Part shown: piece by piece, positions 9,524 through 17,880 of the stretch | How positions within the stretch are numbered: position 1 is the stretch's first letter | Layout: each line of letters opens with the position of its first letter | Assembly: GCA_031459385.1 (NCBI GenBank) | Contig: JAVKIP010000028.1 | Location: forward strand, 1-27,796 | Direction of reading: 5' to 3' | From: Candidatus Fervidifonticultor secundus | Lineage (GTDB): Bacteria > Sysuimicrobiota > Sysuimicrobiia > Sysuimicrobiales > Humicultoraceae | DNA length: 27,796 nucleotides | Position numbers and translations under genes: made by a program | Notes under the pieces: generated by a model | What the model saw: the letters and a program-made list of their open reading frames with translations, nothing else | What the model was told of the DNA's origin: nothing | The model's database searches: none

Positions 9524-10432
9524 TCAGGCACCGGGCGGCGCGGCCATGAGCGCCGAGCGGGCCACGTCCTCGTAGCGGACGCTGCTGACATCGAAGCGCT
9601 CGAGGTTCTCGGCGAGCCGCCTGAACGTCGTCTCGAACGAGGGCAGCGTCTTGCGGGCACGGCCGAGCGGCGTCGTGCGCGCCAGCACGAAGTTCTTCAC
9701 GTACGGATGCCGCAGGCCCCGCCGACGCAGCTTTGCCACGATGTCGGTGAGGGCCTCGTCAGCGGCGCGCACCAGCGCGGCACGCTCCTCGCGCGTCTGC
9801 AGGGCGGCGGACAACGGCGTCTTGAGGAACCGGTCGACCCGGCGCAGGATCGGCGCGAACGCGCCGCCGGCGAAGCGGCTGTTCGTCTCGTAGAGCAGCC
9901 CGAGCGTGATGTAGTGGGCGGCCTCGAACTGGAAGGCGTAGTCGTCCTCCGCCGCGCGCGGCGTCTCGCTGGCCAGCGCCCGGTACATGCCGATGACCTC
10001 CAGCGCTTTCTCTTTGAGGTTGTGCGCCTTCTCGGTGTTCAGAGCCAGAATCTGATAGGCGACGGCCGGGTCGGGAATCGCAATGGCCGGGATGAGCTCG
10101 CCCTTGAGCTTCTCCATCGCCGCACGGCGGTGGTTGCCGTTGGGGGTCCAGTAGACGCCGGGAGAAGGCGAGACGACCACGATGGGGTCGATGAAGCGGT
10201 CGAGCTTCTTGACGACCTCCTGGAGGCGCCTGACGTGCGCGGGCGAGAGGCGGCGCTGGAACGGCGTGGGCGCCACCCGGTCGAGGGGTAGCAGGCAGAA
10301 CACCTGCCAGTGGTCGCCCAGCGGGTCCTGGTAGACGGCCAGTACGTGGCCGCCGTCGCCCTCGATCTGCTCGGCGAAGGCGCGCACCTGGCGCGGCGGC
10401 TCGCGCTGCGGATACGTCGCCCATGCGCTCAT
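9524..10432 (-). CDS. ParB/Sulfiredoxin N-terminal domain-containing protein
   Basis: LDRVAPTPFQR, FIDPIVVV, YWTPNGNHRRAAM (GxxR-type motif), ILALNTEK. AGGAGG RBS 7 nt before the ATG. Confidence 0.8.
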   Translation of the reverse strand: MSAWATYPQREPPRQVRAFAEQIEGDGGHVLAVYQDPLGDHWQVFCLLPLDRVAPTPFQRRLSPAHVRRLQEVVKKLDRFIDPIVVVSPSPGVYWTPNGNHRRAAMEKLKGELIPAIAIPDPAVAYQILALNTEKAHNLKEKALEVIGMYRALASETPRAAEDDYAFQFEAAHYITLGLLYETNSRFAGGAFAPILRRVDRFLKTPLSAALQTREERAALVRAADEALTDIVAKLRRRGLRHPYVKNFVLARTTPLGRARKTLPSFETTFRRLAENLERFDVSSVRYEDVARSALMAAPPGA

Positions 10433-10768
10433 CGGGTCGCCTCCTGCGGAGCGTGCGGCGCCGCACTCTTCACAGGCCGAGGCGCGAGAGGATCAGGCAG
10501 GGCCCGTGCAGCGATCCGCAGCTCACGGGGGCCCGGCAACCGGCGCAGGACGCGGTCGATCAGTGGAGCGGCCATCCCCACAGAGTATTCGGATCGATCG
10601 CCGGGCGCTCCCTGCCGCGCAGCGTCTACCGTCGGGCATCTGCCGCAGCGCCGGACGTTCTGCTAGCGTGGGAGACTGACGGACGGGGAGGCGGCGGGCG
10701 TTCGGGCGGTGCGGGGGGTTCGACGGGCGCCAGACCGGGACAGAGTCTCCAGGGAGGGGGTGTCGCCC

Positions 10769-11032
10769 ATGCAGCCTGACACGCCGGGCCAGGTGCTGCA
10801 GTTCATCTACGTGCTCGCGCACGCCCTCGGGCAGGCGATCGTGCGGGGCATCCAGACCATCGTACCGCAGACACCTGTGCCGTCTGACCTCGTTGATCCC
10901 ATCGGCTTCCTGGCGGTGTTGACGCTCTTCGTGCTGCTCGCCGGCGTCGCCCGGCGCATCGCCTGGATCGTCCTCGTCGTCGGCTGGTTCCTCATCGCCC
11001 TGCGGATCGCCCTGGTCCTGGCCGGGCGCTGA
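10769..11032 (+). CDS. Small hypothetical membrane protein (87 aa, two C-terminal TM helices)
   Basis: ATG at 10769 after GGAGGGGG. Hydrophobic helices IGFLAVLTLFVLLAGV and IAWIVLVVGWFLIAL. Candidate extended -10 TGcTAGCGT at 10661-10669. Confidence 0.75.
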   Translation: MQPDTPGQVLQFIYVLAHALGQAIVRGIQTIVPQTPVPSDLVDPIGFLAVLTLFVLLAGVARRIAWIVLVVGWFLIALRIALVLAGR

Positions 11033-11132
11033 ATGCACCCCGGCGTGCCAGGGCCCCTGGTCGCGTGGGCGAGCGGTCAGGCAGCGTCTGGTCTGAAACG
11101 GAGTACGCGCTATGAGGCCAAAAACTAAATAA

Positions 11133-11207
11133 TGGCTCCGCGGGCAGGATTCGAACCTGCAACCCTCCGGTTAACAGCCGGACGCTCTACCGTTGAGCTA
11201 CCGCGGA
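11133..11207 (-). tRNA. tRNA-Asn (GTT)
   Basis: Reverse complement TCCGCGGTAGCTCAACGGTAGAGCGTCCGGCTGTTAACCGGAGGGTTGCAGGTTCGAATCCTGCCCGCGGAGCCA forms a cloverleaf with anticodon GTT, T-loop TTCGAAT and encoded CCA. Confidence 0.97.
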
Positions 11208-11226
11208 TCGAAAGCGCAGCACCTGC

Positions 11227-11256
11227 ATTCTAGGCAATGGCCGCAAGACACGTCAA
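11227..11256 (-). promoter_or_regulatory. Sigma70-type promoter of tRNA-Asn
   Basis: Minus strand TTGACG, 18-nt spacer, TAGAAT, about 20 nt upstream of the mature tRNA. Confidence 0.7.
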
Positions 11257-11385
11257 GCCAACTGCCCGCCGGTGCCCTCCCAGCAGCGTTCGGGGATACT
11301 GCCAGCCTGCCCCGGCCAGGGAACCGCGCCGGCGCCCCGAAGTTACACCGCCAGCATCTGCCCGACGGTTTACGGAGGTGCCTGA

Positions 11386-12441
11386 CTGGCCCCGCGGTCA
11401 GAGCTGATCGTCACCACCACGATCGTCGTCGTCACGGCGCTGGTGCTCGTGGGGCTGGTGCGTCTGCTGGCCGTCGTCGCCGAGGTGCTGGTTATCGTCC
11501 TGATCGCTGCGATCCTGGCGACGGGCCTGGCCCCGGTTGCCGACCGCCTGCAGCGCCGGCCCTGGGGACGACGGCGTCGCCAGCTCTCGCGCGCGGCAGC
11601 CGCCGGTCTGGTCTACCTGGGGCTGCTGGCGGCGCTGGGGCTCGTCGGTAGCCTGCTGGTCACGCCGCTCGTGCGCGAGACGAGCGACCTCGTCGAGCGA
11701 GCCCCGGAGCTCTACGGCAGGCTGCAGGAGATGATCGCGGACCTGCAGCAGCGCTACCCCTGGCTACCAAACCTGACGGGGTTCATCCAGCGTCTCCCGG
11801 AGGAGGCCGGCCGCCTGACGGCATACGTGGGACGCGCCACGGGCGTGGCCTTCCGCGTCTTCGGGGCCATCGTCTCCGCGGTCACGGTGCTCATCCTCAG
11901 CTTCTACATGCTGCTGGAGGGGCCGGCGATCAAGGCCGGGTTCCTGCGTCTGTTCCCCCGCCGCAACCACCGGCAGCTCGAGATGGTCCTCACCGAGATC
12001 GGCCGGAAGTTCGGCGGGTGGCTGCGCGGGCAGCTGTTTTTGGGGCTGATCGTTGGCCTGGCAGCGGGGCTGGGGACCGCGGGGCTCGGCCTCCCGTACG
12101 CGCTGCTGCTGGGCCTGGCTGCCGGCGTCACGGAACTGATCCCGCTGGTGGGGCCGGTGCTCGGCGCGATCCCGGCCGTGTTCGTGGCGCTGTTCGGTCC
12201 GACCTGGCGCCTGCTGGCGGTCATCGTCCTGTTCGTGGCGATCCAGCAGGCCGAGAACCACTTCCTGGTGCCCCGAGTCACCCGGCAGACCGTGGGACTG
12301 TCGCCGGTACTGACGCTGGTGGCGATCATGGTGGGCACGAAGCTCATGGGGATCCTGGGGGCGCTGCTGGCGGTTCCAGTTGCCGCGGCCGTGCAGGTGA
12401 TTGTGGGCGAGCTAGTGCGCACGTACGGCCCAACGGGGTGA
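11386..12441 (+). CDS. AI-2E family transporter (PerM/TqsA-like permease), probable CTG start
   Basis: Many TM helices, GGWLRGQL, ELIPLVGPVLG, IQQAENHFLVPRV, GILGALLAVPVAA. The frame is open back to CTG at 11386, which lies 6 nt after GGAGGT. Alternative start GTG at 11443. Confidence 0.88.
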   Translation: MAPRSELIVTTTIVVVTALVLVGLVRLLAVVAEVLVIVLIAAILATGLAPVADRLQRRPWGRRRRQLSRAAAAGLVYLGLLAALGLVGSLLVTPLVRETSDLVERAPELYGRLQEMIADLQQRYPWLPNLTGFIQRLPEEAGRLTAYVGRATGVAFRVFGAIVSAVTVLILSFYMLLEGPAIKAGFLRLFPRRNHRQLEMVLTEIGRKFGGWLRGQLFLGLIVGLAAGLGTAGLGLPYALLLGLAAGVTELIPLVGPVLGAIPAVFVALFGPTWRLLAVIVLFVAIQQAENHFLVPRVTRQTVGLSPVLTLVAIMVGTKLMGILGALLAVPVAAAVQVIVGELVRTYGPTG

Positions 12442-12506
12442 AGGCGCCTCGCGGGCTGTGATCTCGAACGCCCGGATGTCGGCCAAAGGGAGTGGGGAGG
12501 TACACG

Positions 12507-13034
12507 ATGCGGCACCCTGCCGGACTTCATCCTGCCGAGGCCTATGACTACCTGGTGCTCGCCCGCGGGATGCTGCTGGGCTGGATCCGTACGCTCGCGC
12601 CCGAGCAGTACGCGCGGGAGTTCCCGATCGGGCACAAGAGTATCCGCGCCACCCTCGTGCACGTGACCTCGGCCGAGTGGGGCTACGTGCGTCGCCTGCG
12701 CGGGGAGCCGGCCCCACCCATCGGCGAGCGCCCGTTCGCCCGGTACGCCGGCGAGCCCTTCGAGCCGCTGGAGCGCGCGTGGGCCGCCCAGGCCGAGGAG
12801 ACCCGCCGGACCCTGCAGGCGGTGGGCGACTGGTCGCGGCCAGTGGAGTATGTGGCGTCCCTGGGGGGCCGCCCGCGTCGGTTCCGCACAACGACGGGCG
12901 GCGTCGCCGTGCAATTGCTCTTCCACGAGGTGCACCACCGGGCGCAGGTGATGGCGATGCTGCGTCAGATGGGGATCGCGGCAGAGAACCTGGACTACTC
13001 TGTGCTCGGGTTCCAGGTCGAGGACATCCCGTAG
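12507..13034 (+). CDS. DinB/YfiT-like family protein (putative metal-dependent thiol transferase/hydrolase)
   Basis: SIRATLVHVTSAEWGY and LLFHEVHHRAQVMAMLRQMG (His triad). ATG at 12507 after GGGGAGG. Confidence 0.88.
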   Translation: MRHPAGLHPAEAYDYLVLARGMLLGWIRTLAPEQYAREFPIGHKSIRATLVHVTSAEWGYVRRLRGEPAPPIGERPFARYAGEPFEPLERAWAAQAEETRRTLQAVGDWSRPVEYVASLGGRPRRFRTTTGGVAVQLLFHEVHHRAQVMAMLRQMGIAAENLDYSVLGFQVEDIP

Positions 13035-13141
13035 CAGCGGGCACCCCGGCGCCGCGCCCGGCCCGATGCCGGCCGCTGCGGTGACCCTGTCGCGGGCGCC
13101 CGACGGTCACCCGGCCGCAGGCGCCCGTCTGCGGTCTGCGG

Positions 13142-13942
13142 CTAGCGTTCGTCGCCCTCGATCGTCGAGAGGGCCAGCGACAGCGCCGCGGTGAGGAACG
13201 CCGTGGACTCGTGCTCGCAGAGGTCGTTGAAGCCGCGCTTCTCCAGAAAGCCGCGCAGCGCGGGGATCAGCCGCGACAGCTTGTGGGCGGTGTACGAGAA
13301 GAGGTCCCAGTAGGCTTCCTCCGCGGCCGGATGGCCCATGCCTGCGCGCTCGGTCAGCGACAGGTAGCGGCCGTGCAGGTCGCGGTACTGCTGGTCTTCC
13401 TCGTGCTCCGCTCGCAGGCGGTCCACGGCGCGCGAGACATCGGCGTCGTCCATCGCCTCCTGCGCCAGGAAGCTCATGTCCAGCAGCAGCTCGGCCAGCT
13501 CCTCGGTGGGGTGCCCCAGGTAGAGGTCTTTCTTGTGGTGCTCGGCGCCGATGAGCCGTCGCAGCTCCCGCGACAGCTCGTCATCGGCCTTGGGCAGGCG
13601 GGGCGGCCGCCCGCCGGGGCCGTTGGGACGTTCTCGCACCGTGACCCGGCCGAGCAGATCGGCGCCGAAGCGCTCGGAGAGAAAGGCCTCGAGCTGGGCG
13701 CGCACAGGCGGCTGTGGATGCACGAGCGTCACTACGTCGCCCTTGAACGCCGCGTACCGCCAGCCTTCTTTCGCCAGAGCGTCCAGAACCGCCACCAGCC
13801 GACTCAGCTGCGGCCCGCCGCGCGTTGCTTCACGGCGCAGCGCGGCAACCAGCGCGCGCATCGAGCGGCCGCGGAACGCAAAGGCGCGGGGACGGTCGAA
13901 GAGGCGAATCTCCAGCTCGGCCACCATATTGGTCCGGGCCAT
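13142..13942 (-). CDS. Hypothetical protein (266 aa, apparently two domains)
   Basis: Protein-like composition. It is the only plausible ORF between dinB and the oxidoreductase. No family recognised. Confidence 0.7.
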   Translation of the reverse strand: MARTNMVAELEIRLFDRPRAFAFRGRSMRALVAALRREATRGGPQLSRLVAVLDALAKEGWRYAAFKGDVVTLVHPQPPVRAQLEAFLSERFGADLLGRVTVRERPNGPGGRPPRLPKADDELSRELRRLIGAEHHKKDLYLGHPTEELAELLLDMSFLAQEAMDDADVSRAVDRLRAEHEEDQQYRDLHGRYLSLTERAGMGHPAAEEAYWDLFSYTAHKLSRLIPALRGFLEKRGFNDLCEHESTAFLTAALSLALSTIEGDER

Positions 13943-14082
13943 GACTGAACCTAGCTCCGCGCGCGCAGGCTCATGGCAGGAGCGGCGGGTACGCGTCTGG
14001 ACGCAGGCGGTACGGGTGACACACCCCTATCCTCCGTGATGCCCGCGCCCCTTGTCAACCACACGTGTGCCCGTCGCGAACC

Positions 14083-15165
14083 CTAGGGGACCATGACGAC
14101 CTTCCCGAAGTGCTGGCGCCCTTCCATGATCTCGTGCGCCCTGCGGATCTCGTGCAGCGGCAGCACGGCGTGCAGCACCGGGTCGATGGCACCCGTGAAG
14201 ATGGCCGCCATGACGGCGCGCAGGTCGGAGACGTTGCCCATCGGCGCACCGATGATGCGCCGGTGGCGCTGGTAGACCTCGCGGATGTCGAAATCGGGCC
14301 GCTCGCCGCCGGAGGCGCCGCAGATCGTCATGCGGCCACCGCGGCGCAGGCTGCGGATCGTCTGCGCCCAGGTGGGTGCGCCCACGGGGTCGGCCGCCAG
14401 GTGCACGCCGGCGCCGCCGGTGTGGTCGAGCACCACGGCGCTGAACTCGGGCGTCATCCGGTGATCGATGGCGACGGCGCCCAGAGCCGCGGCCTTGCGC
14501 GCCTTCTCGTCGCCGCCGACGACCGCGAAGAGCCGTCGTGCCCCGGCCAGCTTCGCGATCAACAGCGCCGCGGTGCCCACGCCACCCGAAGCGCCCACGA
14601 CCAGCACGTCCTCACCGGCCCGGAGGCCGCCGGCGGTGATCAGCATGCGCCAGGCGGTGCAGTAGGCGGCCGGCACTGCGGCCTTCTCGAACGGCACACC
14701 GTCGGGCAGCCGCAGCAGGTTGCGCGCGGGCGCCACGGCGAACTCGGCCAGCCCGCCCGGCGTGTGCTCGCCCCAGATGCGGTACTCCAGGCACATCGTC
14801 TGCTCGCCCGCCAGGCAGAACTCGCACCGTCCGCAGGCGAGGATCGGGTTGACCACCACGCGGTCGCCCGGCTGCCAGCCGTCGGCCTCTGGCCCGACCT
14901 CCTCGACAACGCCGGCCACGTCGCCGCCGGTCGTCATGGGAAACGTGCGCGGCCGCCAGGGGAAGACCGGGCGGCCGCCGGGCGGGCCCGCGCGGGCCCA
15001 GATGTCCATATTGTTCAGCGCGCAGGCCCGCACGCGGATCAGCACCTCGCCCGGACCCGGCACCGGGATGGGCACGTCCTCGATCTGCAGTACGTCGGGC
15101 GGCCCGTGCCGGTGGATCACGACGGCCTTCATGGTCGCGCCCCGAGCGCGCGCGGGGGCGCTCAC
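14083..15165 (-). CDS. Zinc-binding medium-chain dehydrogenase/reductase (alcohol dehydrogenase/quinone oxidoreductase-like)
   Basis: MKAVVIHRHGPPDVL, CALNNMD, structural Zn CGRCEFC..C, Rossmann VLVVGASGGVG, C-terminal HFGKVV. Start is either GTG 15165 (overlaps the upstream TGA, GGAGG 10 nt before) or ATG 15132. Confidence 0.9.
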   Translation of the reverse strand: MSAPARARGATMKAVVIHRHGPPDVLQIEDVPIPVPGPGEVLIRVRACALNNMDIWARAGPPGGRPVFPWRPRTFPMTTGGDVAGVVEEVGPEADGWQPGDRVVVNPILACGRCEFCLAGEQTMCLEYRIWGEHTPGGLAEFAVAPARNLLRLPDGVPFEKAAVPAAYCTAWRMLITAGGLRAGEDVLVVGASGGVGTAALLIAKLAGARRLFAVVGGDEKARKAAALGAVAIDHRMTPEFSAVVLDHTGGAGVHLAADPVGAPTWAQTIRSLRRGGRMTICGASGGERPDFDIREVYQRHRRIIGAPMGNVSDLRAVMAAIFTGAIDPVLHAVLPLHEIRRAHEIMEGRQHFGKVVMVP

Positions 15166-16934
15166 GACGCCACGACCTCCCGCGCGGCGCGCAGCGCGGC
15201 GGTCACGCGGTTGCGGCCGCGGACCAGGTGGGTCATGGTCAGAAAGTACTGCGTGGTGCCGGGTTCCAGACTCTTCCAGGTCTTGGCGGGCGCCAGGTCC
15301 GGCAGCGGGGGCACGTCCACGGCGGGGTCGTGCCGGAAGCGGCCGGCCCGCGAGTAGTTGATCGGGACCAGGATGCGGGCCAGGCGCCGCAGCGTGGCGT
15401 TGGCCCGCCGGACGTCGGGATCCGCGGGCGAGCGGCCCAGCAGGTGCGCCCGGTCCAGGTACCAGCGCTCCAGGTCGGCGCGCAGGGCCCGAGCTTCGGC
15501 CAGCGGGGCGCGCAGGTCGAACTCGCCACCGGTGGCCTCCTGGTAGGCCTGCAGCGTCCCCTCCAGCTCGGCGGCCAGGGCCGTGAAGTCCAGCGGGTGC
15601 AGCGTCGCGTTGGCCGTGCGGTAGGCAGCCACCAGGTAGACTTTGATGTCGCGCAGCAGGTTGTCGCGGTCGGCGATCTCGATCGTGTCGTCCTCGGTGT
15701 GCCAGGCGATGTTGGCGCCGCAGCCGCCCACCGGGTAGTAGCCTTTCTCCCTGACGAGCGCCGGCGGCATCGTGGACGAGAGCATGTAGAACGTGGAGAT
15801 GCCGATGTTGCTGAACGACTTGTCGCCGGCGCGCAGCGGGCGGCCGCCCGAGGCCTCCTGGCCGGTGACGTCTTTGATGACGGCCCTGCCGATGCCCTCG
15901 GCCTCGCTCATCCAGAAGACGTCCACGTAGACCGTGGCCCACCGGCAGCCGGGCGAGTCGCAGTTGATGTGCGCAACGCAGTGTTCGTCGAGATCCAGCG
16001 CGAAGGCGTCCGCGTACCAGGCCGAGCCGGCGTAGCGGCCCTGCGAGTGGCCGGGCCACCAGGCGATGCGCACCGTGCGCGCCAGCCGACTCCGGTGCTT
16101 CCACAGCACGCGCGCCAGTTCCAGCAGCGTGGCGTCGCCGGTGGCGTTGTCGCCGATGCCCTGGTGCCAGCCGTCGACGTGGCCGTGGACGAGCACGAAC
16201 TCCTCGGGCACCTGCGTTCCCGGGATCTCGGCGACGCACACCGGGCAGGCCACCCAGCCTTCCACCAGCTTCGTGGAGAGCCGGGCCCTCACCGGGCCGG
16301 CCTGGGCCAGCTGCTTGAGCCAGGCGCCCTCGGTCTTGTTGACCATGACCACCGGGATGGTGGGCTTGCGCTCCCAGGAGTCCAGGTCGGGGGAGCCCCA
16401 GATGGTGGTGCAGATCCCTTCGTGGATGCGCTCTCCGGGGCTGATGAATACCGCTGCGACCGCCCCCGCCTTCATGAACTCGAAGACCTTTCCGGGCGAC
16501 GCGTAGCCCTCGGTGAGCGCGATGCGCCCGCGGACGTCCACGGTCGTGGCGCGCGCGGCGGCGAAGATCTCGCGGATGTCGGCGACGGTGCCCGTGGGCA
16601 CGTAGACGAGCTCGCCACGCTTCCACCGGCCACCGGTGGACAGCGACATGGAAGGCGTCTTGGCCACCAGTGTCCGGCGCTCGGGCGTCAGCACCTCCAG
16701 CCGCGCGCGGCGCGGGAGGCTGATGAGCAGCGTCGGCGTGTGCACCGTGTGGGGAACCCCGAACTGCTTGAGCCGCCGGCTGATGTAGTCGAACGCCCGG
16801 CGCTCGTCTCGCGTGCCCGACTCGCGCACGAGGGTGGTGAACCGCTCGACCAGCGCCCAGGGTTCGTCCAGCGACACCTCGGCGACCAGCGCCTGCTCGT
16901 CGGCGTCGTTGCGCCACGTGCTGACCGCGTGCAT
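15162..16934 (-). CDS. M28 family metallopeptidase with PA-like domain
   Basis: LVHGHVDGW, GIGDNATG, HINCD and WHTEDD metal-ligand motifs. PA-like insert (VRGRIAL..GAVAAVFI..TIPVVMV). No signal peptide. Confidence 0.85.
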   Translation of the reverse strand: MHAVSTWRNDADEQALVAEVSLDEPWALVERFTTLVRESGTRDERRAFDYISRRLKQFGVPHTVHTPTLLISLPRRARLEVLTPERRTLVAKTPSMSLSTGGRWKRGELVYVPTGTVADIREIFAAARATTVDVRGRIALTEGYASPGKVFEFMKAGAVAAVFISPGERIHEGICTTIWGSPDLDSWERKPTIPVVMVNKTEGAWLKQLAQAGPVRARLSTKLVEGWVACPVCVAEIPGTQVPEEFVLVHGHVDGWHQGIGDNATGDATLLELARVLWKHRSRLARTVRIAWWPGHSQGRYAGSAWYADAFALDLDEHCVAHINCDSPGCRWATVYVDVFWMSEAEGIGRAVIKDVTGQEASGGRPLRAGDKSFSNIGISTFYMLSSTMPPALVREKGYYPVGGCGANIAWHTEDDTIEIADRDNLLRDIKVYLVAAYRTANATLHPLDFTALAAELEGTLQAYQEATGGEFDLRAPLAEARALRADLERWYLDRAHLLGRSPADPDVRRANATLRRLARILVPINYSRAGRFRHDPAVDVPPLPDLAPAKTWKSLEPGTTQYFLTMTHLVRGRNRVTAALRAAREVVAS

Positions 16935-16968
16935 GCTCAGCCTCCCTCCCTCGATGTGACAAACTGCT

Positions 16969-17880
16969 TCAGAACTTCAACCGGGGGTCAAGGGCATCGC
17001 GCAGACCGTCGCCCAGGAAGTTGTACGCCAGGACCGTGAGCAGGATCAGCAAGCCGGGGTAGACCGCCAGGGTGGGGGCCGACCAGAGGTAGACCTGGGC
17101 GTTCTGCAGCATGTTGCCCCACGAGGGCAGCGGCGGGCGGATGCCCAGGCCCAGGTACGAGATGGCCGACTCGGTGAGGATGGCGAACGCCACGTTGAGT
17201 GTGGCCGCCACGATGATGGACGGCACCACCTGGGGGAGGATGTGCCTGCGCATGATGCGCACGTCGCCGGCCCCCAGCGCCCGGGCTGCGTCCACGAACT
17301 CGCTCACCCGCCAGCGCAGGTATTCCGCGCGGACGACCCGCGCCACCGGCATCCAGGTGGTGAGCCCGATGACCGCCGTGGCGGTGGCGGGTCCCCCGCC
17401 GAACACCGTCAGGGCCGCCAGGATCACGAAGAGGGTGGGCAGCGCCAGCATGGCGTCGGTGAACCGCATGAGCACGGTATCGGTACCCCTGCCGAAGTAC
17501 CCGGCCACAGCGCCGATAGCACCACCGACTATGACGCTGATGGCCATGGCCATGAAGCCCACGGTCAGCGAGACGCGGGCCCCCAGCATCAGCCGGGCCA
17601 GGACGTCGCGTCCGATCTCGTCGGTGCCCAGCGGATGCTGCGGCGACGGACCGCGCAGCGCGCTGAGCGGGTCGGCGGTGAAGGCGTCCAGGGGGATCGT
17701 CCAGGGTCCGACGACCGCGGCCAGGTGGACGAACACCAGGAACGCCAGCGCCGCCAGGGCCGGTGGGTTCCGCCGCAACCGACGGACGGCGATGGTGCGC
17801 AACGTCCGTGGCGGCGCCGGGACGACCGTCACCGCACTCCTGACGGAAGCCAGGGGAGCCGGGCTGCCGACCCTAGCCAT
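16969..17880 (-). CDS. Peptide/nickel-type ABC transporter permease (DppC/OppC-like)
   Basis: HPLGTDEIGRDVLARL, EFVDAARALGA, HILP, ESAISYLGLG, NFLGDGLRDALDP. Confidence 0.93.
   Translation of the reverse strand: MARVGSPAPLASVRSAVTVVPAPPRTLRTIAVRRLRRNPPALAALAFLVFVHLAAVVGPWTIPLDAFTADPLSALRGPSPQHPLGTDEIGRDVLARLMLGARVSLTVGFMAMAISVIVGGAIGAVAGYFGRGTDTVLMRFTDAMLALPTLFVILAALTVFGGGPATATAVIGLTTWMPVARVVRAEYLRWRVSEFVDAARALGAGDVRIMRRHILPQVVPSIIVAATLNVAFAILTESAISYLGLGIRPPLPSWGNMLQNAQVYLWSAPTLAVYPGLLILLTVLAYNFLGDGLRDALDPRLKF

Noticed and set aside
9524..11207. ParB-like gene near a tRNA as a sign of an integrated plasmid, ICE or prophage
   Set aside because: No integrase, parA, replication or phage genes were seen, no att duplication was noticed, and the flanking genes look chromosomal.
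13035..13141. GC hairpins between the convergent dinB and hypothetical genes as an ncRNA or terminator
   Set aside because: The stems are imperfect, lack U-tracts and cannot be distinguished from GC-rich background.
14083..16962. 959-aa ORF suggesting a giant fusion ending in the dehydrogenase
   Set aside because: The first approximately 600 residues are Arg/Pro/Gly-rich off-frame translation over the M28 gene. Only the last approximately 350 aa are a real MDR protein.
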